Source: Gemmatimonadota bacterium
GTDB lineage: Bacteria > Gemmatimonadota > Gemmatimonadetes > Palauibacterales > Palauibacteraceae
Assembly (NCBI GenBank): GCA_022825725.1
Contig: JAJDWE010000033.1
Span: 87,926-151,925 of the forward strand
Reading direction: 5' to 3'
Length of the DNA: 64,000 nt
A model generated the notes under the pieces. It was not told the origin of the DNA, did no database searches, and worked only from the letters and a program-made list of their open reading frames with translations. Of this stretch, positions 57,248 to 64,000 are shown one piece after another; position 1 is the stretch's first letter, and the number at the start of each line of letters is the position of its first letter. The position numbers and the translations under genes were made by a program.

Positions 57248-59140
57248 ATGATTCCGTCCCGCCTGGCAGCGCCCGCAGCGGCCCTTCTCGCCTTCGCCTT
57301 TCTTCCGGCGGCGGCCGCCGCCCAGACAGGGATCGTCATCGAGGACGGGCAGGCGCAGATCGTCCCGGCCTTCGCGGATTCGTCCACCTGGATCCGCCAC
57401 GATCTGTGGGTCGAGACCGGGTTCGACTCCGACGGCGACGGCCGCCCGGACCGCGTCCACGTGGATGTGACCCGTCCGGCGCAGACCGAGAGCGAAGAGA
57501 TCACGGTCCCGGTCATCTACGAGACGAGTCCGTACTACTCGGGCGTAGCCGGCATCGACTTCGCGCACTTCTGGGACCTGCGCCAGGAGGTGGGCGGCGA
57601 GCCGCGGCCGCGCGATCCCTTCCCGCCCACGATCCGCCACATCCCGAACCAGCCGCGGATCTCGAATTCACACGTGGTGACCTGGGTGCCCCGGGGGTTC
57701 GCGGTCGTCCACTCGCAGTCGCCCGGGACGGGCCAGTCACAGGGGTGTCCGACGGTGGGCGGCGCGAACGAGTCGCTGGCGCCCAAGGCGGTCATCGACT
57801 GGCTCAACGGCCGGGCCCGCGGCTTCACGAGCGTGGACGGAGACGAGGAAGTCGAGGCCTGGTGGGCGACCGGACGAGTCGGGATGACGGGCACCTCCTA
57901 CAACGGGACGCTGCCCCTCGCGGCCGCGACGACCGGGGTCGAGGGCCTCGAGGCGATCATTCCTGTCGCGCCCAACACCTCCTACTACCACTACTACCGC
58001 TCCAACGGGCTCGTGAGGGCGCCGGGCGGATACCCAGGCGAGGACATCGACGTCCTCTTCGACTTCATCTTCAGCGGATTCCCCGAGGTCCGCGACTACT
58101 GCCTCGCCAACGTCCGCGACGAGATGACGGCGCAGCTGGACCGGGTGACCGGCGACTACAGCGATTTCTGGGCCGGGCGGGACTACCTGAACCACATCGA
58201 CGGCGTGCGCGCCGCCACCCTCATGAGCCACGGTTTCAACGACTGGAACGTCATGCCCGAGCACAGCTACCGCATCTCGATGGCGCTGCGGGAACGGGGC
58301 GTGCCGCTGCAGATCTTCTATCACCAGGGCGGGCACGGGGGGCCGCCGCCGCTCGAACTCATGAACCGGTGGTTCACCCGCTACGTGGCCGGCGTGGAGA
58401 ACGGAGTGGAAGACGACCCCGAGGCGTGGATCGTACGAGAGGGAGACGGCCCGCGGGAGCCCACGCCCTATCCGAGCTACCCGCACCCCGAGGCCGAGGG
58501 CGTGTCGCTTCAGCCGGGAGGCGACGGGCACTGGACGGGCACCCTCTCCCTCGACGATTCGGAGGGCGGCGACGCATCGGGGGCTGCCCCCGGCGCGGGG
58601 GCGGGAACCGGGACGGTCGTCGACAACTTCGCGTTCGCGGGGGACGAACTCGCCGCGGCGGAGTGGTCGAACCACCGCCTGCTGTACGCGACCCCCGAAC
58701 TGCGCGAGGACGTCCATCTCTCGGGCGTCGCCACCGTCCGCGTACGGGTGTCGGCGGACGCGCCTGCGGCCAACCTGTCCGTGTGGCTGGTGTCGCTGCC
58801 CTGGGCCGGGGGCGGGGAGATCAACGACAACCTCATCACGAAGGGCTGGGCCGATCCGTCCAACGCGGGCGCCGACGATGTCGCGTCGCCCCGCACCGGC
58901 ACGCCGCTTAGGCCGGGAGAGTTCGTCGAGATGGAGTTCGCGCTGCAGCCCGACGACCAGGTGATCCCCGCCGGCGCCCGCATCGGCCTGATAATCTTCT
59001 CCAGCGACCAATCGTTCACGCTTCACCCCGACCCCGGCACGACCCTGACCGTCGACCTCGGCAACACGAGCATCTCGCTTCCCGTCGTAGGAGGGAACGC
59101 GGCTCTGCGCCGCGCCCTGGGAGTGCCCGCCTCCCAGTAG
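57248..59140 (+). CDS. Xaa-Pro dipeptidyl-peptidase / CocE-NonD family (S15) hydrolase.
   Basis: Signal peptide. GTSYNG nucleophile elbow, and a C-terminal beta-sandwich domain typical of S15/CocE. Confidence 0.8.
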   Translation: MIPSRLAAPAAALLAFAFLPAAAAAQTGIVIEDGQAQIVPAFADSSTWIRHDLWVETGFDSDGDGRPDRVHVDVTRPAQTESEEITVPVIYETSPYYSGVAGIDFAHFWDLRQEVGGEPRPRDPFPPTIRHIPNQPRISNSHVVTWVPRGFAVVHSQSPGTGQSQGCPTVGGANESLAPKAVIDWLNGRARGFTSVDGDEEVEAWWATGRVGMTGTSYNGTLPLAAATTGVEGLEAIIPVAPNTSYYHYYRSNGLVRAPGGYPGEDIDVLFDFIFSGFPEVRDYCLANVRDEMTAQLDRVTGDYSDFWAGRDYLNHIDGVRAATLMSHGFNDWNVMPEHSYRISMALRERGVPLQIFYHQGGHGGPPPLELMNRWFTRYVAGVENGVEDDPEAWIVREGDGPREPTPYPSYPHPEAEGVSLQPGGDGHWTGTLSLDDSEGGDASGAAPGAGAGTGTVVDNFAFAGDELAAAEWSNHRLLYATPELREDVHLSGVATVRVRVSADAPAANLSVWLVSLPWAGGGEINDNLITKGWADPSNAGADDVASPRTGTPLRPGEFVEMEFALQPDDQVIPAGARIGLIIFSSDQSFTLHPDPGTTLTVDLGNTSISLPVVGGNAALRRALGVPASQ

Positions 59141-59239
59141 CGCCCGGCGGATGCAACCCCGGGGCCACCCATCAGCATCTACCGACGTGAGGCCGTTGCC
59201 TGCGGGCACGGTTCGTGAACGCCGAGGAACCAAACCGGG

Positions 59240-60433
59240 GTGGAATCCATGGGCCGACTCCTCTTCGCCGGACTCCTGTGCACGAGCCTGGCCTGTGCCG
59301 AGCCCGGTTCCGAGGGGGACGCCGCGACCCCGCGAGGGGTTCTGGTCTCCGATTCGGCGGGCGTCAGGAACGTGGATCTTGGCGCGGTCGAGGAACTGGC
59401 GCCCCCCGGCCTGACGCCAACCCTCGTCTTCTCCACCCGGGATCTCGGGATCGAGTTGTTCTGGGTCGGCGATGCCGTCCTGCTCGGAAACGGCGGCCTC
59501 GCGCTGGCCAACACCGGTTCGAGCGAGGTGCTGCTCTTCTCCGGCGATGGTTCGACGACGGCCCGGATCGGGGGGCAGGGTGAGGGGCCCGGGGAATTCA
59601 GCAGCGTCAGCACACTCCTCGCCACGGACGAAGGGTTCCTGGCCTACGACGCGCGCCTGGCCCGCCTCAGCGAGTTCTCGGAGAGCGGGAAGTTCCTCAC
59701 GTCATCGCCTCTCTCCCCCCAGAGCGCCATCGTGTCCCTGAAACCGCTGGCGAGAGACGCGGCCGGGCGCATGCTGGCGATCCTGGGAGAACAGCGCTTC
59801 TTCCTCCCGGAGGGGATGAAGAGGGATACGACCCCAATCCTTTCGTTCACGGATTCCGGGGCGGAGCCCGACACGCTCGGCATGCTGCCCGCCCAGGAAT
59901 GGGCCTACGGCGGCATGCCCGGCGGCGGGATGACGCGCACCGAACCGGCGTTCGGGCGGAACATCGCGGCTGGCGGCTTCCGCGACCGGGCCCTGATCGG
60001 CGACAACGACGTACTGAACCTCTCCGTCTACGGGGCCGACGGGCGGCTGACGCGTCTGATTCGGGGCTCGGGCGGCGGGTGGACGGTCACGGCCGATGAA
60101 ATCGAGGCATGGAGAGCGGCGCGGCTCGCCCGCAGGGGTCCCGACGTCCCCGAATATTACGTGGAATTCGTCCGGAATGCCCCCTGGCGCGAGACCCATC
60201 CGGCCTTCCACTCCGCGGTCCTGGGACCCGACGAGATGGTGTGGATCGGGCTCGCGACCCGGGCGGGCGACGAAACGCGATGCTGGCTCGTCCTCGGCCC
60301 CGACGGGCAGCCGCGCGGACAGCTTGACCTTCCTAAGGAAGCGAGGGTGCTGGCGATCGATGCCGACCGCTTCGTCCTCCTACAGACGAACGCCCTCGAC
60401 GAGGAGGAGATCCGGCTCTACCGCTACCGGTAG
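59240..60433 (+). CDS. Hypothetical lipoprotein, predicted beta-propeller-like.
   Basis: Lipobox LLCTSLAC. Repetitive Gly/Asp-rich beta-strand blocks. No catalytic motif recognised. Confidence 0.45.
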   Translation: MESMGRLLFAGLLCTSLACAEPGSEGDAATPRGVLVSDSAGVRNVDLGAVEELAPPGLTPTLVFSTRDLGIELFWVGDAVLLGNGGLALANTGSSEVLLFSGDGSTTARIGGQGEGPGEFSSVSTLLATDEGFLAYDARLARLSEFSESGKFLTSSPLSPQSAIVSLKPLARDAAGRMLAILGEQRFFLPEGMKRDTTPILSFTDSGAEPDTLGMLPAQEWAYGGMPGGGMTRTEPAFGRNIAAGGFRDRALIGDNDVLNLSVYGADGRLTRLIRGSGGGWTVTADEIEAWRAARLARRGPDVPEYYVEFVRNAPWRETHPAFHSAVLGPDEMVWIGLATRAGDETRCWLVLGPDGQPRGQLDLPKEARVLAIDADRFVLLQTNALDEEEIRLYRYR

Positions 60434-60478
60434 CCCCGCTGGCCGGACCCCGCCCACCACCCGCGAAACCGTCGGCGA

Positions 60479-60508
60479 TTGAATTCGGTACGGTTCTCCC
60501 GGTATGCT
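60479..60508 (+). promoter_or_regulatory. Candidate sigma70-like promoter TTGAAT-18 bp-TATGCT upstream of the DUF305 gene.
   Basis: Read directly: gcgaTTGAATtcggtacggttctcccggTATGCTgatcc, about 70 bp upstream of the ATG at 60580. Confidence 0.3.
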
Positions 60509-60579
60509 GATCCGTCGTTCCGGGTCGTGACCCGCCCGCGAACGAGGGACCCCGGACAAACGGTACCAAACGGCGAAGC

Positions 60580-61251
60580 ATGAGGACCCAGCGCAGGCTT
60601 CTCATCCTCCTCACAGGACTTCTCGCGGCCGGCCAGGCGTGCGCGAGTGCGGGGCGCGGTCCGTCCGACGAGGCCGTCAGACCGGATGCGGCGCGCGTGG
60701 CGGAACTCGAGGCGATCTACCGGGCGCGCGCGGAAGCGGCCCTCGAGGGTGCGCACGAGGCCGACATCCGCTTCATGACGCACATGATTCCGCACCATGC
60801 CCAGGCGCTCGTCATGGCGGGATTCGCGCCGGACAACGGTGCCAGCCCCTCGATCCGGACCCTCTGCGCCAGGATCATCAACGCCCAGACCGATGAGATC
60901 GGCGTCATGAGCCGCTGGCTCTCCGACCGCGGTCTCCCCGTGCCCGAGACCGGAGACATGCGGGGCCACGGGGACGGGGCCATGCTCATGGCCGGGATGC
61001 TGACCCCGGAACAACTCGCGGAACTCGAGGCTGCGCGCGGCCCCGACTTCGACCGCCTCTTCCTCGAATACATGATCCAGCACCACAAGGGCGCCGTCAC
61101 GATGGTGCGGGAGTTGTTCGCGACGGATGGCGCCGCGCAGGATGACTTCGTCTTCAAGCTGGCCTCCGACATCCATGTCGATCAGGCCACGGAAATCGCC
61201 CGCATGGAAATCATGCTCGAGGCGCTCGCCGCGCCGGAGCCGGGCGGCTGA
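60580..61251 (+). CDS. DUF305 family secreted four-helix-bundle protein.
   Basis: Signal peptide/lipobox LLAAGQAC. Duplicated histidine motifs MIPHHAQA and MIQHHKGAV are typical of DUF305. Confidence 0.75.
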   Translation: MRTQRRLLILLTGLLAAGQACASAGRGPSDEAVRPDAARVAELEAIYRARAEAALEGAHEADIRFMTHMIPHHAQALVMAGFAPDNGASPSIRTLCARIINAQTDEIGVMSRWLSDRGLPVPETGDMRGHGDGAMLMAGMLTPEQLAELEAARGPDFDRLFLEYMIQHHKGAVTMVRELFATDGAAQDDFVFKLASDIHVDQATEIARMEIMLEALAAPEPGG

Positions 61252-61284
61252 TTCGTGCAGTTCACCCCTATCGAAGGATCCGAC

Positions 61285-63216
61285 ATGTCCGCAGTGACGA
61301 AGAAACGCGACGACACCCGTTTCACCGCGCGCCTCGCGACGGTGCTCGCCGGCGCGATCGCCGTGGGAGGGTTGGCCGGCTGTGCATACCAGTCGGCGCA
61401 GACCGGCATGGCCACCGCTCCGGTGGCCGCGGCGGCCGCGCCCATGGGGCTTCAGGTCAATCCGCCCACGCCGGACCCGCGCGTCGGGCTCGCGCCCGGC
61501 ATGTTCGATGCGGGCGAGGCGATCTGGAATCTCGATCTCGTGTCCGCCACGCCCCCGCCGGACCCGTTCGTGGGCAAGACGAACTCCGACCTCGCCTTCT
61601 CCGGTCCCTACGCGATCCAGGGGAACTACGACGGCATTCAGATCTGGGACATCTCCGATCCCGCCAATCCGCAGACCGTCGTGACGTACGTCTGTCCCGC
61701 CTCGCAGAGCGACGTCTCGGTGTACGAGAACCTCCTGTTCGTCTCGGGCGAGGGGTTCGGCGGGCGGCTGGACTGCGGCGACCAGGGAATCGAGGAGGCC
61801 GTGAGCCACGACCGGCTCCGCGGCATCCGGATCTTCGACATCTCCGACATCACGGCGCCGGAGTACGTCGCGAACGTGCAGACCTGCCGCGGCTCCCACA
61901 CGCACACGCTGCTGGAACACCCCGGGGATGACGAGAACGTCTACGTCTACGTGTCAGGCTCCGCGCCGGTGCGTCCCGCCGAGGAACTCGCCGGCTGCTC
62001 GGCCGCGCCGCCCGCCGAGGATCCGAACTCCGCCCTCTTCCGCATCGAGGTCATCCGCGTGCCGCTCGCGGACCCCGCGAGCGCCGAGATCGTGAGTTCG
62101 CCCCGCATCTTCGAGGACCTCGTTGCACCCCCGACGCACGGCCCGGCCCCCGACGACATCGCCGCGCTCGAGGCGGCCCGGGAGCGCGGCGCCTTCATCA
62201 TCGAGGTGATGGGGGAGGAAATGGTGCTACCCGACCAGTCCGCCGCCGCGATGCTCGGGCAGTTCGTGGCCCAGCGCGGAGGCGAAGGTCCGCCGACCGC
62301 CGCCGACAGCGCGGCGCTGCGGGAGGCGCTGCCCATGATCATCGCGCAGGCGATGGGAGGGCAGGGAGATGGAGACGGCCCCGCACCCGGCCCGACCCAG
62401 TGCCACGACATCACGGTCTACCCCGCCATCGGCCTCGCCGGCGGCGCGTGCGAGGGCTACGGCATGCTGATCGACATCCGCGACCCGGCGAATCCGGTGC
62501 GGCTCTCCGCGGTGGCCGACTCCAATTTCTCCTACTGGCATTCGGCCACCTTCAACAACGACGGCACCGCCATCCTGTTCACGGACGAATGGGGCGGGGG
62601 CGGGGCGCCGAAGTGCCGGGCCTCGGACCCGATGGAGTGGGGCGCGAACGCGATCTTCACCATCGAGGGCACGGAGATGGAGTTCCAGAGCTACTTCAAG
62701 CTGCCCGCGCCGCAGACCCCGGAGGAGAACTGCGTGGCCCACAACGGATCGCTGATCCCGATCCCGGGCCGCGACATCATGATCCAGGGCTGGTACCAGG
62801 GCGGCGTCTCGCTCATCGACTGGACCGATCCGACGAACCCGGCCGAGATCGCCTACTTCGACCGCGGGCCGGTAAACGCCGAGGTGATGGAGAACGGCGG
62901 CAGCTGGTCCGTCTACTGGTACAACGGCGTCATCGTCAATTCCGAGATCGCCCGCGGTCTCGACATTCTCGAGCTGGTCCCGAGCGAGGCGCTCACGCAG
63001 AACGAGATCGATGCAGCCAACTCCGTCGAGTTGACGCACCTGAACTCGCAGGGTCAGCCGATCTTCGAATGGCCCGCGACCTTCGCGCTGGCGAGGGCCT
63101 ACCTCGACCAGTTGGAGCGGCACGGCGGACTCTCCGCCGACCGGATCGGCGCGATCCGCGCTGAACTCTCCGGCGCCGAGGGGATGTCCGGATCCGGCCG
63201 GGCCGGCGCGCTGTGA
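61285..63216 (+). CDS. LVIVD-repeat beta-propeller lipoprotein, Cys-rich, with a helical C-terminal tail.
   Basis: Lipobox VGGLAGC. Repeated ...IQIWDISDPANP..., GIRIFDISDITAPE, MLIDIRDPANPVRL and VSLIDWTDPTNPAEI blocks (LVIVD-type blades). There are eight spaced Cys. Start set at MSAVTKKRDD. Confidence 0.65.
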   Translation: MSAVTKKRDDTRFTARLATVLAGAIAVGGLAGCAYQSAQTGMATAPVAAAAAPMGLQVNPPTPDPRVGLAPGMFDAGEAIWNLDLVSATPPPDPFVGKTNSDLAFSGPYAIQGNYDGIQIWDISDPANPQTVVTYVCPASQSDVSVYENLLFVSGEGFGGRLDCGDQGIEEAVSHDRLRGIRIFDISDITAPEYVANVQTCRGSHTHTLLEHPGDDENVYVYVSGSAPVRPAEELAGCSAAPPAEDPNSALFRIEVIRVPLADPASAEIVSSPRIFEDLVAPPTHGPAPDDIAALEAARERGAFIIEVMGEEMVLPDQSAAAMLGQFVAQRGGEGPPTAADSAALREALPMIIAQAMGGQGDGDGPAPGPTQCHDITVYPAIGLAGGACEGYGMLIDIRDPANPVRLSAVADSNFSYWHSATFNNDGTAILFTDEWGGGGAPKCRASDPMEWGANAIFTIEGTEMEFQSYFKLPAPQTPEENCVAHNGSLIPIPGRDIMIQGWYQGGVSLIDWTDPTNPAEIAYFDRGPVNAEVMENGGSWSVYWYNGVIVNSEIARGLDILELVPSEALTQNEIDAANSVELTHLNSQGQPIFEWPATFALARAYLDQLERHGGLSADRIGAIRAELSGAEGMSGSGRAGAL

Positions 63217-63352
63217 TCGCTGGCCGACTCCGTGTCCGGTGACGCCGCCGGGGCGGGAGACGCCGCGAAGGTCCGCATGCTGGCCGACGCGGTCCGGGCC
63301 CTCGCGAACGCGGGGATGTAGGGACAGCGGGCGGACACCGGGCCCAGTCCCG

Positions 63353-63718
63353 GACATGCCCGTTCTGATCGAAGCCCCGGCCGTCATCGAGGCGGCCGGG
63401 AACAAGCCCAAGCGCATCGAGGAGTACGCCGGCCGCGTCCGAACGGGGCACGACGGCGTCAGCGTGGCGCGGATGGTGGCGCCCTCCGGGTGGGTCGAAC
63501 CGGGTCAGCGTCCCGAGTTCGAGGAGATCACCGTCGTGCTGCGCGGATCACTCCACGTAGAGCACGAAGGCGGCGCCCTGGACGTGGAGGCGGGCCAGGC
63601 GGTCGTCACACATGCCGGCGAATGGGTCCGCTACAGCACGCCGGGCCCGGAAGGCGCCGAGTACATCGCCATCTGCCTCCCCGCCTTCTCCCCCGACACC
63701 GTCCACCGCGACCCTTAG
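63353..63718 (+). CDS. Cupin-domain small protein.
   Basis: About 120 aa from MPVLIEAP. A two-beta-sheet cupin-like pattern (VARMVAPSGW...EITVVLRGSLHVEHEG...AVVTHAGEWVRY). The upstream part of the track ORF is Arg/Pro-rich and was rejected. Confidence 0.5.
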   Translation, partial: DMPVLIEAPAVIEAAGNKPKRIEEYAGRVRTGHDGVSVARMVAPSGWVEPGQRPEFEEITVVLRGSLHVEHEGGALDVEAGQAVVTHAGEWVRYSTPGPEGAEYIAICLPAFSPDTVHRDP

Positions 63719-64000
63719 TCCGGGAGCCCTTCCCAGCGAACGTCGGGTACGTCCCGGAATCGTTCTGCCATCACCTCGAGCGCTTCGGGGTTGTCGTCCA
63801 CGAGGAGGAAGTCGCGCCCCAGTTCGTGGGCGGCCATGCCGGTCGTGCCGCTGCCGGCGAAGAAATCCAGGACGAGGTCGCCCGGGTTGGACGACGCGGT
63901 GATGATGCGGCGCAGGATGCCCAGCGGCTTCTGGGTCGGATATCCCGTCCGCTCCGCGCCGCTCGTGGGGACGATCGTGTGCCACCACGTGTCCGTGGGC
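63715..64000 (-). CDS. DNA methyltransferase (N6-adenine/N4-cytosine, PF01555-type) C-terminal fragment. The gene continues beyond the right edge of the window.
   Basis: Own translation of the minus strand: ...TGYPTQKPLGILRRIITASSNPGDLVLDFFAGSGTTGMAAHELGRDFLLVDDNPEALEVMAERFRDVPDVRWEGLPD*. TQKP...SNPGDLVLDPFAGSGTT is the classic AdoMet-binding block of beta-class DNA MTases. Confidence 0.75.
   Translation of the reverse strand, partial: PTDTWWHTIVPTSGAERTGYPTQKPLGILRRIITASSNPGDLVLDFFAGSGTTGMAAHELGRDFLLVDDNPEALEVMAERFRDVPDVRWEGLPD

Noticed and set aside
63217-63321. The 34 in-frame codons after the LVIVD gene stop as a selenocysteine or read-through extension.
   Set aside because: No SECIS-like element was recognised and no Sec-utilising neighbours are present. 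This was kept only as a low-level note inside the DUF305/LVIVD finding.
1-64000. CRISPR arrays, tRNA/rRNA genes, and transposase or integrase genes.
   Set aside because: No direct-repeat/spacer periodicity was found. No tRNA-like T-loop or anticodon-arm signatures were seen in the few short intergenic gaps. No IS-type inverted repeats or recombinase motifs were seen.

Overview
This is a very GC-rich bacterial chromosomal segment (roughly two-thirds or more G+C by eye). It is densely packed with genes, which often overlap by 4 bp (ATGA/GTGA junctions). It is not an obvious mobile element or CRISPR locus. Because of the high GC there are many long spurious ORFs antisense to or out of frame with the real genes. 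I called genes from protein-level motifs that I could read in the translations. Transporters: a DAACS symporter that runs off the left edge and is absent from the ORF track, a YkvI-like membrane protein, an NSS transporter, a TolC-like outer membrane factor, an RND membrane-fusion-protein plus pump pair, an MFS transporter and a TonB-dependent receptor. Hydrolases are unusually concentrated: four amidohydrolase-superfamily lipoproteins, an amidase-signature enzyme, M16, leishmanolysin-like M8, M48 HtpX, S9, S15, DUF885 and a class C beta-lactamase-like protein. Oxidoreductases: a disrupted xanthine-dehydrogenase-type Mo subunit, two sulfite-oxidase-family Mo enzymes and a Rieske oxygenase. Housekeeping genes include RNase PH, cyclophilin and NUDIX. 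The most notable locus is a tightly coupled minus-strand operon (19747..24424) for an amino-group carrier protein (LysW) pathway, lysW-lysX-lysY/argC-[class II glutamine amidotransferase-like Ntn hydrolase]-lysZ/argB-lysJ/argD. Its 54-aa LysW gene is missed by the ORF track, it has no LysK/ArgE-type M20 deacylase in the window, and an EgtC/YafJ-like Ntn hydrolase sits exactly where the release enzyme would be expected. Other points of interest are a molybdopterin hydroxylase large subunit broken by a single in-frame TAG (6846..9260), a putative palindromic operator over the promoter of the RND pump, an operon of an unknown polytopic membrane protein, a twin-domain secreted protein and a Dph6-like PP-loop ATPase, twin sulfite-oxidase paralogs flanking a DUF2784 gene, a DUF305 plus Cys-rich LVIVD beta-propeller pair, and a DNA methyltransferase fragment at the right edge. 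The lipoprotein-rich, TonB-receptor and peptidase-rich content suggests a Gemmatimonadota-, Acidobacteria- or Deinococcus-like high-GC organism, but this is a guess only.
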